A stretch of DNA of 64,000 nucleotides, from NCBI GenBank assembly GCA_013239625.1, contig MU056925.1, positions 3,324,031 to 3,388,030 on the forward strand, read 5' to 3'. Positions 30,865-42,910 of the stretch are shown piece by piece. The notes beneath the pieces are model-generated. The model searched no databases and was not told the DNA's origin. It saw only the letters and a list, made by a program, of their open reading frames with translations. Position 1 is the first letter of the stretch. Every line of letters begins with the position of its first letter. This DNA is from Lama guanicoe. Taxonomy: Eukaryota. The position numbers were made by a program, and so were the translations under genes.

Positions 30865-31085
30865 AGTAACGACAGCAGTGAAGATGGCTATGAGCTGGGC
30901 GCAGTCCAAGCGGGTCCAGAACCAGGCACCGAGGTGAGGGCTTTTCATTCGTTCACTCACTTCCAGGTCTCATGATGACCCAGGAAGCGGGCAGTGTGCC
31001 TGTTTTACAGATGGGGAGATGGGACCTTCAGTTAGGTCCCTTGCTCAAGGCTACCAGCTGGGTGGTGATGAAGCCAGATCTTTTA
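30865..31085 (-). mobile_element. MIR SINE
   Basis: cctgttttacagatggggagatgggacc...cttgctcaaggctaccagct. Confidence 0.7.
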
Positions 31086-32394
31086 AAACCTAAGCTACCA
31101 TAATGTTTGACCACTTTCTTTGGCCAGATTGCTTCTGGCCAGAGCCCTCCTGTTTGTGATTAATTTTGCCAACAATTTATAAACTGCCAACTATGTGTCA
31201 ATCACACTGATAGGAGGCATCAAGGTTATAGTAACAAATCATAAAAGCACAGCCCTGCTCCCCCAGCACTCAGAGAGTGTCAGATAAACAGCTACAAATC
31301 ACTCCAGGAACAGAGAGACGGCCCGACAGGGAACCCTGCGGCGCTGAGGGGGCGCTGCCCGCGGGACCTCGCCTCGGAGAAGCGCCGGGAAGGCTGCCTG
31401 CAGACAGGGGGTCTGGGCAGCAGAGCTGCAGCCAGGAAGGAGCCCCTCCTCGGCATTTACTGAGCGGCACTTGGAGGCTCTGGCCAACTGAACAAGACAA
31501 CAGAGAGAAACGAGAGATGAAGCAGTAGAAGACACAAAGTGATCGCTATCTGCAGATGAAGATTCTGGCCTAAAAACACACCTGAAAAGTGAGTTAGAAA
31601 ACTGTTACTAAAACCAGTAAGTGTGGTTGGATACAAAATTAGTATTATTCCAGTACTGAATCTCAGAAATTACTTATGAATTACAAGAAGAAGAGCAGTG
31701 GCTATTTGGTGAAGCTCGACCACACCGAAACCAAGGGACCACACGAGCCTCACGGGGCAGGCTCTCCCCCCGCAACCCCCGTGTCTGGGCGGGGCCCCGA
31801 GCAGGGCGCACGGCCCCCTTCCCACATTTCAGCCAGAGACGCTCCAGCCAACCCCCTCAGGATGTCGTCCAATCGGATAAACCTAGATGGGAGGATGTCC
31901 GATAGAGTAACTCCTCTTTTCCTCAGAAACGTCCAGGTCCGTGGAGACGAGGCAGGGCTGAGGAGCTGTTCCAGGTTAAGGAGGCTGAAGGGACAGGCAC
32001 CTGGACGCAGCCTCCATCCTGACCCGCCCCAGACGGCGGTGGAACCTGCAAGGACTGCCAGAGCCGGCGCCGGGTGGGGGTCCGATGCAGCGTCACAGCA
32101 CCGGGACTTTCCCAGAACTCAGCACCACCGCGGCAGTTATAGAAAACACCCGTTCTCAGGAAGGTCACACGGCAGTGCTGAGGGGAGGGGGCCCACCCTT
32201 CCTACGTGTGAGATCTGACTCTTTAGAAAAGAATCAGGGGAACAGAACCCATCTGTATTAACCATCCCCCAGAGAAATGATAAAACAGCCGGGATTAAAC
32301 ATAACAAGGAACACGGGGTCCACGGAAAGGAAACCAGTAATGTGAAGGTGCTGACGGCCACGTGTGACCACGTGTGCTCTGGAGCGGGCTGTGC

Positions 32395-32540
32395 GACCTG
32401 CGTTAGGCTTCTGTGCCACGTGGCCTGTCTCACATGCAGCCAGAGCCTGTAAACAAGTGGGCGTGGCCCCGCTCCAATACAGCTTCACCCAACACGGGCC
32501 TGAGGGGCCTGGCTCACAGGCTGCAGTCTGGCTACACCCA
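32395..32540 (+). mobile_element. MER58A-like hAT-Charlie MITE fragment
   Basis: ttaggctt...gcagccagagcctgtaaacaagtgggcgtggccccgctccaatacagctt...ggctcacaggctgcagtctggc. Confidence 0.6.
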
Positions 32541-33225
32541 AGCCAAGTGTTTCTCCCCACGTCCACGGCCCTGGCCTGAGCTCAGGGGCGCAAGAGCAGA
32601 CGTGAGGCCTGCCTAGCCCCTCACACTGCCCCCCACAACCTCCCTGAAGGCCTGGTGCAGACATCACTGCAGCCTGGAGGCCGAGCTAACGAGGAGGGTG
32701 GGGAAGGTGTGCCACGACACTGGACGGTGCTGGCCTGGGTCCGTGCATCGCCACTTGAAGACTTTTCTGACCGTGGATCAAAAACACCTATTTCGGACTT
32801 TCCAGGAGCAAGGCATTGAAATTTACCCTTTCCAGCAGCCAGCAAGCTACACAAGATTAGGTGCATAAGTAAACACTCGGCAGATGTTTAGTGTCTCCCA
32901 AGAGCCAAGCTGGCCCTGGGAACGCAGCCCCACCCTGGTGGAACTTATGGCTCCCGGAGGGGGACGGACACAAGCCCATGTCCACACAGCATAGTGACTA
33001 ACCCCGGGGAGTCCTCAAAGCACAGGCACCACGCAAGCACGTGAACAACCGCCACCTGTCTGAGCAGGTGTCCATGCAGATGTGCGCACATCTGCTCACC
33101 AAGGCATCGAAAAGCAAGGGCGGGGAACCCAGATACCCGCAGTCGGGAGCTGCACCAGCATGGAGTCCACAGACAACCAACACGCCCGTAGACCCAGGGC
33201 TGCAGAGGGCCAGGGAGAGCTGGGG

Positions 33226-33272
33226 TTTTTTGTTTGTTTTTTTTAATTAATTGAAGTACAGCTGATTTACAA
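33226..33272 (-). mobile_element. Very short L1 3' terminus
   Basis: T-rich tail plus aattgaagtacagctgatttacaat, the same terminus as the L1 at 26865. Confidence 0.6.
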
Positions 33273-33694
33273 TAGGTAGAGTTTAAAAAAAAATTTCTCC
33301 AAAGCTGTTCTGTCTTTACTGACAATGTACAGGAGTCATGTCTCAGGTCCTGACTTTCTTCCTCTGGCCTCCAGAACTTGGGCAATAGAGGGAAAAGCAG
33401 AAGCCATCCATTCGAATGTGCCCGCGGCCCCGAGGGGCGGAAACCGGAGGACACGCCCCCGCCCGCCGCACAAGTCTCAAGGAAGGGCCAGGGCCTTCCC
33501 CACAGCGGCCCCCCACTTACCAGGTGGTCTGCCTGACCCCGCGGCCTGCACCCCTCCTTCCTCCCCGTCTTCCCACCGCAAAGCCACAGTGGGAAATCAG
33601 ATCCGTGCCTCCGGGGTGAACGCGGTAAACTGAGATGGTGGCCGCACCCGGGACCTGGGACCCACGGACCTGCCAACTCCCCAGAGCCACCCTT

Positions 33695-33862
33695 AGGCAC
33701 ACGTGGCCATTTTCACCTGCACTAATTGAAAAGCTAAGTAAAAACTAAAGTTCAGTCCTTCGGTCACGTTCGCCCCACTTCAAGCGTTCTCAGCTGTGCA
33801 GGACCGGGGCTGCAGGCTGGGCGGCGTGGACAAGGAAACCTTCCACTGCTGCAGAACATTCC
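33695..33862 (+). mobile_element. MER3-like hAT-Charlie MITE, GC-shifted
   Basis: cacacgtggccattt...taattgaaaagctaagtaaaaactaaagttcagtccttcggtcac...cacttcaagcg. Confidence 0.7.
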
Positions 33863-35439
33863 AGACTCCATGGGTCCCTGCCAGCGAACCCAAGGGTAGG
33901 TGGGCCTGGAAAGCCTGTCCACACCACAGCTTCAGAGCAAAACATGACTGCTAAGCTGGATGAGCTGCCAGCCAAGTAACCACAGGCCAGGAGCTCCCGG
34001 TCGTGAGTGCCCTGGTTTACACGGGCTCCAGATACAGGCAGTGAGCGACCCGAGCCACCGTCCCTGGCTGGATCTATCTGCCAAGCGGACCGGACGCTGA
34101 CGTCCCCGTGGGTGGAGGTGGGGACACAAGCCTCCACTGTGCAACACCCCTCTTCCCAGGACCCCGTGGCCTCCAGCCTGCTCACTGCATCCACGTCATC
34201 AGATTTCACTCTAACTTGCTTTCAAAATCAGGTCCAAAGAGTGACTAAGTCTACAATTTTTTTTTTCACCAAGGAACACTCCAGCCAAGGCTTCCTGGTA
34301 ACATATAGGAAGCTCCCGAATTTCATCAGTCAACTGGACCCAAGCCACGTGACAGGAGGCAGTGTTTCCGGGAAGGCTTTCCGTGGGCAGCGGTCCAGCC
34401 CGGCCTGTGCATCCATCCGAGCTTGACTCAGGCATGGGCTCCCTGCAGCCCATGATGAAACCCATTGCGGTGGCTCCCCAACGTCAAAGGAACACCCAAC
34501 ACGTCAGATCACCACCAGCCACTTTACGTGGAGATGTGCACAAAATTGCAACGTAAAGCTATCAAATTATTTTTTGAATTCTGTATGCTGCCCCGAAGAA
34601 CCAGACTCTCTGTGAAACAGAGCAGCGTGAGCCTGGAGTGGGGCAGCGAGGCAGGCCCCCCAGAACACTAACCTTGTAACTGCCCATTTGGACCGATCAC
34701 AAGTATCTTTTGTGTGATATGAATCACAAAAGGCAAAGCTCTTTCAGAACAGACGGAAGATCAGTTTTCTCCTCTGTGTAACATTGATTTACTGTGAGGA
34801 GGGAAGAAAGAAAAGTATTCACGGAGCAAAATCTCAGATGGGGGACGGAGAGTGAGTATTTATCTCTATCCAAAGGGGACCGTCTTTTTTTTTTTAACAA
34901 GTGTGCTTAGAAAGGTTCCAAGGAAAACCCCGAACAAGGACTGTGTCCTTAAAAACACGTTGTCACTGACATCCCTTGAGGGATGCGTCACTCCACGCCC
35001 ACCCTGCTTCACTCTGCCTTTTCCTGGTGTCCCCACGCCCTTGGCTGAAGGGAAAAAGCGGGGGTGTCACTGGGGAACCCCACAGCATCCTACTTGGTTA
35101 CGGGAAAATAACAGAAATAATTGGCAAGATGGCCAGTTCCATTTCAAATAAGCAGGAATTGACTGTACGTACAAAACAATTACTAAAGTTACACCAAATT
35201 ATGCCACAAGATGCCAATAAAGGCCAAAGACTACATTATACAACCTCCTTATTTCTACAAAAATGTACTGTCGCTTGACTTTTACAGCAAATTTAAAAGT
35301 CAGACTACATCGAAAAGCCCGAGCCTCTCAAAGATTTCCATTTTCAAAACCATGAGTTGCTGGGTGCAAGGGATCAAATTCAGCTACCTGTCAAAGAAAG
35401 ATAAAATATACTTTTCTTTGTATAATAAGATATATTGAC

Positions 35440-36089
35440 ATTAGATGATTTACATAACTCAATCGATGTTTTTCTGAATGACCAACGTATGAGGTTATAA
35501 AATCATGTGCTGGTAGAAGATTTATTCAAAATGCAGGAGAGAGCAACAGATTTTAATGTAACAGAGTTTTACAGAAAGTCCACTGACGAGGGTTCAGACT
35601 CCATCCTGCAATTAACCTTTAAGAAAGGGCCACTGTCAAGTTTTGGAGAGGCCCCGAACAACAGCATCCTCAGTCTTCTGACAGGCCTCCGAGAGGCTCC
35701 TCCCTCCTCCGGCTACACGTCTGGGTGAGTCTGGGTTTCCTTCATACGCGTCACAGAAACAAAGCATCACAACAGCCCCAAAGCGGGGGCGGCGGGGCAG
35801 TTCAGCTGTCTTCTATTCAGATGGACTTTTTACCAAAAAAAAAAAAAAAAAGAATACCCTGACACTAAATGTTTTCGTTTGGGGAGACAGAGCCACTTTT
35901 TCATAAAAAATAGGCTTATTACTGCTATTTTTGAATAGAATAATAAATAGACTTTAATTTGTCAGGTCTAATTTCTAACATGCTAAGTATAACAAACAAA
36001 TCTCACATAAACAGAAGTTCCCCGGGGACCTCAGTAATGTGTGAGGGTGTAAAAGGGCCCTTGGATCCAAAACTCTGAGAGTGGCTGGC
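35440..36089 (+). mobile_element. Charlie1-like hAT DNA transposon, 3' part
   Basis: atgaccaacgtatgaggttataaaatcatg...cagattttaatgtaacagag...tgcaattaacctttaagaaa...cacataaacagaagttc...taaaagggccc. Confidence 0.8.
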
Positions 36090-38524
36090 TAAACACACGC
36101 GTGGGGTACCGGGAGGCCTCTCTGCACACAGGCAACCGAGCACCGCGAAACGCAGGGGGCAGGTGCGGGGAACACCTGCAGAAGGGCCGGGGCCCCTGCC
36201 GAGGAAGGCGGACAGGGCACTGCGCAGCCCCGGGGGCTTAGAGCAGGTGGCAGGGCGGTCAGAGCCCAGCTCTGCACACACACTTTGGGGAGCACGATGT
36301 CCTCTGAGGGGACCAACGGTTACATCGTCAGGTGACAAAGGGCAAGAGTTCCTTCTTAATCAAATCACAGGTAAAATACCCACCCCGTTCTGTGCGTCTA
36401 CTGGAGGTCGCTCTGAGGAGACAAAAGCCACAGGCTTGCAGGCAGTCCGGGACTGAGCGCCGGCACCGGCAGGCCCGCGCCCAGCCAGCCCGTCACTAGC
36501 TCGCCTCCAGCGCACGCCAGGGTGGCAGGAAGAGCCCTCGGCGGTCGCACCCCAGAAGGGGGTCCCGTGAGGCCCACGGGGGTGCGCCCGTCACACAGCC
36601 GCCCTTCAGACCCCGGGACAACACAGCACACCCTCCTGGCTCCCCTTGACACTTCACAAGGTGTGTTCACACACGCAAACTGCATTTGCTTTCCTTTCAA
36701 TCAACCAGCAACATTTCACCAGAAAACCAGAATCTCGTGACCAGCGAGCAGCCATGACAACCATCTCCAGGCCCCTAACAAGCCACAACGCAGGGGCCTG
36801 TTTTCCAGGAAGCCAAAGCGAAAGGACTGTATATAATCCTCTCATTTTAATATGAAACGCTTTAAATGTGGGGTAATTATGGAAATGAGGCATCGCTGTA
36901 ATTCAAGTCGTCATTAATTTAGCAAGTTTATCCCCTGACATTCACGAGACGCAAAAACAGCAAATAGTGAATTACTGTAACTCCGAACCAAACGCTTTCC
37001 TTTCATTTCAGCACAGAATTTCAAATAGAGCTGTGTCTTTTCTGAAAATACCATGAACACCATTAAAATTCTACTTAATACCCTTTGACCACCTACTAAC
37101 CCAATTCCTTCATCAATGACAAAGGCTTTTATAAAGTTATTATAAATTCAACACACACTACAAGAAAAACACCATCCTTCTCACAAATCGATTTTTCAAA
37201 TACCATACAAATTTTCTTATATGAGGTGATAAGCCCAAAAACCTCCCCGGGAACTCGGTGCTAGTAAGTGGCACGCACTTCCATCACCACAGGGTCCACA
37301 CACTGGTTCCAGATTTGCTGCACTCCTCTGAACCTCTTAAAGTACGTTTTCAACAAGACAGTCTGACTTTGGACAAATAAATGTGATACACAGCAACTAA
37401 CAACTGGCAGGGAAAGCAGTAGAAAGCACTTCTTTAGAGAAAATGCCACATTTTGTATTCTGACCACAGCATCCAGATGCAACCCCACGGGGTCCCACTG
37501 GGTCTAAAGCTTCGTTCGTTCCACTGAACGGTCCTCCTTCCGACACCACCCTCCCCCTCCCCCGGCATCATTCCTCCAGCTTCCAGAGCAAACCGTCTCT
37601 TCCGTCTCTTCCATCCAGCCACCAGAGCAGAACCTCTTCCCTCAGAAGATGCTTCGGCCAAATCTCCTCCTCCCTAGTCCCGGGTCACCCTCTCCAGGTC
37701 TGATGGGTCAGGCTCGAGTGACAGCCTCCTGCGTGGCTCCATGGCCCTCCCAGCTCTGCGCCGGTCCACACACATCCCTCCTCCCTGATCACTGCTCCCC
37801 CCTTGCGTGGAATCAGCCGGCACAACCTCAGGTCCCACCTTTTCTGGCTTCAGCTGCTGGAAACAGACCGATCTGATCCCCTCTCTCGCCCCAGGTGCAA
37901 ATCCCACCGGGCACATGGGCCCCTCCCAGATCAACCAACCAACCACCCGTGACGGAGGCATCGGGTCACATGTGGACCCTGCGGCTCCCACTGGGCCGGG
38001 GGAGGCCCACGGAGGAGGGCCGGGGAGAAAGGAACACAGTTACTGTTTCCAGGGATGCCGGTCCTGACGAGCTCAGCAAACACCTGCTGTCTTCACCAAG
38101 TCTAGGGCGTTTTCTAATGAATTTCAAAATAAGTTCAACTTGGTAACTTCTGAATGATGGTTAGTAACTAACTCCATGTTCTTCCAGTGACCAGTTGGAA
38201 GAGCAATGAGAAACCACGTCCTGTATGTTTTCCCAGGGCCTAAACAATTATTTATGTAGTAAAATGCTTTCGTGGTTACAATTAATTACTTTTTATCCCA
38301 GTACACTAACAGGAGCTATGATCTGTAACATCTGCCATGCACAACACGTCTCTGAGAGGGCAGAACACGTCAGCAAGGTGAAATACATATGCTGGCAGCC
38401 AAAATGAATGACAAGAGTACATACAGGGACACTAAATTTATGGACCCCAGCGATGACCATCAAAAGCTGCTCGGGGAGAGAAACAGAAGTGTCTGCTTCC
38501 TGCCAGAAGCGTGCACCGCTGCCT

Positions 38525-39150
38525 ATGAGAGTTCTGGCTAAAAAAAACACCAGACTTCAGTCTGACCAAATCTCCAGGTCCAACAACAGATTTACAGGAA
38601 CGACAGGGGAGAGGATGTTGTAAAAGGTCACAACAGAAATCCAGTCTGTAACAGCAGAGTATGACGAGGGGCAGGGCACATGACCCTGCTTCTTCAGAGA
38701 GAAAGAGAGAGAGAGATGGAGCCTCCAGCCTGAAAGAGACGGGAGAGACACGCCAACCAATCACGGTGTCTGGACCTGATTTAGTTCCTGATTCAGACAG
38801 ACACACTGTAAGAATAGAAAGGGGAAAAAAACCCATGGAATGGGAAGGGAATTCCAAATACTGATTGGAAGTTTGATGACAGTAAGAAACTGTTATTAAG
38901 TTTTTGGTGTGATAATGAGATTGTGGTTAGGTTTTAAAAAAGGAATCTTTATCTGTTATTGAGATATTTACAGCCGGAGGGATATGACATTTTGGACTGG
39001 CTTCCAAACAACATGGGTGGGGGACAGGTGAGTAGGGACCAGGATAAAACGAGCGAGGCCACAACACGGCAGTCGGCAGTCGCAGAGGCTGGGTGACAGG
39101 AACGTGGATTCACTACTCTGTTTTCATGTTTGAAACTTTCTGCAGTAAAA
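38525..39150 (+). mobile_element. Ancient L1 (L1MC4/5-like) 3' end
   Basis: ttgatgacagtaagaaactgttattaagtttttggtgtgataatgagattgtggtt...gaggctgggtgacagg...atgtttgaaactttctgcagtaaaa. Confidence 0.75.
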
Positions 39151-42100
39151 GGAGCCATGCTCAGCTCAGAAAACTTGGAACTCACAGGAGAGTCAAGAGA
39201 AAAAAAGGGTCCCATAAAGCTCACTGCTCACAGAAGCTACCACACCAAGAAGTCCGCCCTCACGGCAACTGTTCACGTCTCTCATCCTTGTTCTATAGAA
39301 GAATTAGGAAAGGAGGCTGGGACAAAAGAGGGAAGAGCAAGTGCACGGCGGGGCACGGGTCTTTGCCTCTCACTAGCACACCGCATCTAACCGAAACTCC
39401 AGACCCGCTGGGACAAAGGGCCACAGTCACACACCCACGTGCCCCCAGAAAGTGGTCACACACCCCGGGCACCTGACTGTCTGCCTTGGAAACCGGCTGA
39501 CTGGGGACACTGCTGCTCCTCGCACCATGGAAGCTGCGTATTCACTTAGTCACTGATTTTTCACTCAACAGACACAAGCTCGCTGTGTGCACACTGCCAG
39601 TCAGCTCCTGCACGGTGTTAATGGTAACGCGGGTCAGGATACAACTGACGATTAAAAAACTAATGGAATTAATTTCAGTTTTAGAAAAACACGTGTTTAG
39701 GCATAAATGTGGGTAAATTCTGGTATTCTTCTTCAGCGTGTGTATCTTTGAGGGGACAGGAAAGGGAGGAATGGTGGGGGGTGTCAGGGACACAGGGGAC
39801 AGGCAGAGTCACCCGGCGGGAAAAGGCATGACACCACAACACAAAGAAGAGCAGCTGCAGCCACAAAATGCAGGCATTTTCAGTCTACAAGACTCCAACA
39901 TGGCAAGAACGTTAAACTTATGGTGAAGAAATTCACAACTTCAAATACTCCTGGCAAAACCGTGTACCAAAGCCTGGGAGGACACAATTAATCTTGCCAT
40001 TCTTTAAAAGTCAGCACTGAATTTCCCATTTCGAGGCGACAGAAACGTGGACATCCAACTTCCTTTCCCGGGATGCGTGAAACATTACTTGAGTACTTGC
40101 AAAGTGATGGGCCCCAGTGCTTTGACTTGAATCTAAAAAGAAGCTCACAGCAGCCTGCCCTATGGATATGACTATCTCAGTTACGTTTTCTGAAATAATA
40201 AAGAAGATGAAGCCACCCAGACTGCTGAACGTGTCTGTCCGCAGGCTCTGACGGTCTCGGAAGCAAACTGCCCTCTTCCAGGAAGGCATGGACGTCCACG
40301 TGGTGCTCCTCCACCAGCACGCTGGTTCTGTGCCTGTGAATTCTACATGATGGCCTGCGTGGCTCTGGCTCAGAGCATCACTGAATCCCAGCACAGCCAG
40401 ACGGGCACCGCGGGCAGAGCACCAGCCAGAGGGCGTGGGACGTCTGGGCTGTGGGACACAAGCCTGCTGGCAAGGAAGGCACCGCCACGAACGCCAATCA
40501 CGTTTCACAAACAATGGACTCGGCGCAGGCCTATTCTGCACGTGGTCTGAGGACTTCCTGGGCTGCAATTTCTTCCCCTGGAGTTAAAGAAAATACTAGT
40601 GCCTTGAAGATTCAGGGAGCCAGGCCTCCTCAGACGCGCACCCACTCAACAGCCAGGGGAGGAGCTCTGGAAGCCAGGCTGCTGCTTGGAAGAACTTAAA
40701 GAGCCTGAGCTCTGAAGGGATGCACCAGCAGAAGCAGGCCTCTCAGAGCCACAGGGCAGGGCGGGGAAGGCACTGTTTGCTGTCACTTTCCCACGAGGGG
40801 CGTGACTGGCCCCAGAAGGCATTTAATGGCCCAGAACGGAGAGTGTGTGGGTTAAGAAAAGACCAAACAGAGTAATAGCAACCATGGGATAAAACACATC
40901 TTATTCAGGAGGACCTGATTTTATCAAAACACATACCTCCCATACTGGGGAAATGAAGTCTGAGTACACTCCCTTTCACGCCCTACGTGCCAGGGAGTCA
41001 CTGAAAATTTTTCAATACAATACTTATGACCAAACATGCCCAGGCCTAGAAAGCAAATAAGTTTACAGAAGCAGGCTTTGGGCCCCGGGAATCACCCCAG
41101 CAAAAAATCCCTGGACTCGGGGTGCTTACAAAAGTGAGAGTCATTAGACAGTCAGTCAGAGACAAGTTGGAAATCCCAAGCACGCTGGAGAAATATAAAC
41201 ACTAACGAGGAGTTAAAAGCAAGTACCTCACAGAAAAAGAAAGTGCCTGAAGACAGCAGAGTAGTGAAACAGGCTTTCTCCTGAACGACGGGTCTTGAGA
41301 AAGCGAGGACCTCCTGGGGCAGAGCGGCGGGGGGAGCCGGTGCCCCGGGAACCGGAAGAGGTGAGGAACACGAGGATGTTGCTAAAGCACTGGGGGCACC
41401 AGCGGCCTGTCCCCACCGCCAAGTGAGTGCGTCGGGTCCCCTTCTCCTAGTCCTGCCTCCCCTTCTGTCCTGTCCAGGAACCCCAACTGTGCTCTGAATG
41501 CCCCCAGTGCTGGGCACCCCTGACCTGTGTCCTCAGGAACACTGACAAGAGTGCATTTCCTGTCCTGATCCCAGCCCACTCTGCCACCTCACCCCTCTAG
41601 GGCCAAGTCGCTGCCCCTTCAGATCTGGTCCCCACTGCAGAGGACTGGGCCTTCGGGGCGGGGGCTGCAGCTGCTCCCCCTGGGACCCCCGCACCTCCCA
41701 GAGCTACAATGCTTGATGCAACCCTTCTCAGGATGCGTTTGCGGGCGAGCCGGGGTCCAGAACAGGCGGGGAAGAGAGTAGGGAGACCCTGGGGTCCAGA
41801 TCGGGGTGGGGGCAAGGGTGACCCTCAGGGTCCAGGCCAAGAGGGGTCAGGGACGACCCTGAAAGCCCAAAGCCCAGTCAGGGCAAGGGTCAAGAACGAC
41901 ACCGTGTCCTGATCCGGCGGGGATGGGGGACCCCAAGCTTTGGTCGGGAGAGGAGCAAGGGCGACCCCCGGGGCCCAGGCCGGGCAAGGGCCGGACCCGG
42001 CGGTAATCTGGGCTGCCCCCAACCCCTGCCCACGGCGGGCGGGGGCTCAGGTGTGAACTCCGTGTCCAAGCTGTGCGGGGATGGGGGCCAACCCCAAGGT

Positions 42101-42232
42101 GGGGGAGGGGCAAGGGCGACCCTCGGGGCCCAGATCTCAGGCCTCCCGGGGGCGGGGCGGAGGGCTGCGGTCGACCTCGGGCCCAGGCCCCGCGGGGTCG
42201 AGGTGGCCCGGGGCCCCGGCCGGGCGGGGGCC

Positions 42233-42492
42233 NNNNNNNNNNNNNNNNNNNNNNNNNNNNNNNNNNNNNNNNNNNNNNNNNNNNNNNNNNNNNNNNNNNN
42301 NNNNNNNNNNNNNNNNNNNNNNNNNNNNNNNNNNNNNNNNNNNNNNNNNNNNNNNNNNNNNNNNNNNNNNNNNNNNNNNNNNNNNNNNNNNNNNNNNNNN
42401 NNNNNNNNNNNNNNNNNNNNNNNNNNNNNNNNNNNNNNNNNNNNNNNNNNNNNNNNNNNNNNNNNNNNNNNNNNNNNNNNNNNNNNNNNNNN
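42233..42492. other. Assembly gap (260 N) hiding the FHA-coding part of exon 1 and its splice donor
   Basis: N run seen directly; content inferred. Confidence 0.95.
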
Positions 42493-42543
42493 GGCCCGGG
42501 GCTCCGGCGCACCGAGGCGGCCGCCGCGCCCACCAGGGCCTCG
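42493..42543 (-). CDS. FOXK1: FOXK1 exon 1, readable fragment between two N gaps (whole coding exon inferred at ~42244-42800)
   Basis: Reads c GAG GCC CTG GTG GGC GCG GCG GCC GCC TCG GTG CGC CGG AGC CCC GGG CC = EALVGAAAASVRRSPGP, versus recalled human 88-104 PALVAAAAASVRQSPGP, just before the FHA domain. Same strand as exon 2 and inside the CpG island. Confidence 0.9.
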
Positions 42544-42910
42544 NNNNNNNNNNNNNNNNNNNNNNNNNNNNNNNNNNNNNNNNNNNNNNNNNNNNNNNNN
42601 NNNNNNNNNNNNNNNNNNNNNNNNNNNNNNNNNNNNNNNNNNNNNNNNNNNNNNNNNNNNNNNNNNNNNNNNNNNNNNNNNNNNNNNNNNNNNNNNNNNN
42701 NNNNNNNNNNNNNNNNNNNNNNNNNNNNNNNNNNNNNNNNNNNNNNNNNNNNNNNNNNNNNNNNNNNNNNNNNNNNNNNNNNNNNNNNNNNNNNNNNNNN
42801 NNNNNNNNNNNNNNNNNNNNNNNNNNNNNNNNNNNNNNNNNNNNNNNNNNNNNNNNNNNNNNNNNNNNNNNNNNNNNNNNNNNNNNNNNNNNNNNNNNNN
42901 NNNNNNNNNN
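42544..42910. other. Assembly gap (367 N) hiding the start codon and 5'UTR
   Basis: N run seen directly; content inferred. Confidence 0.95.
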
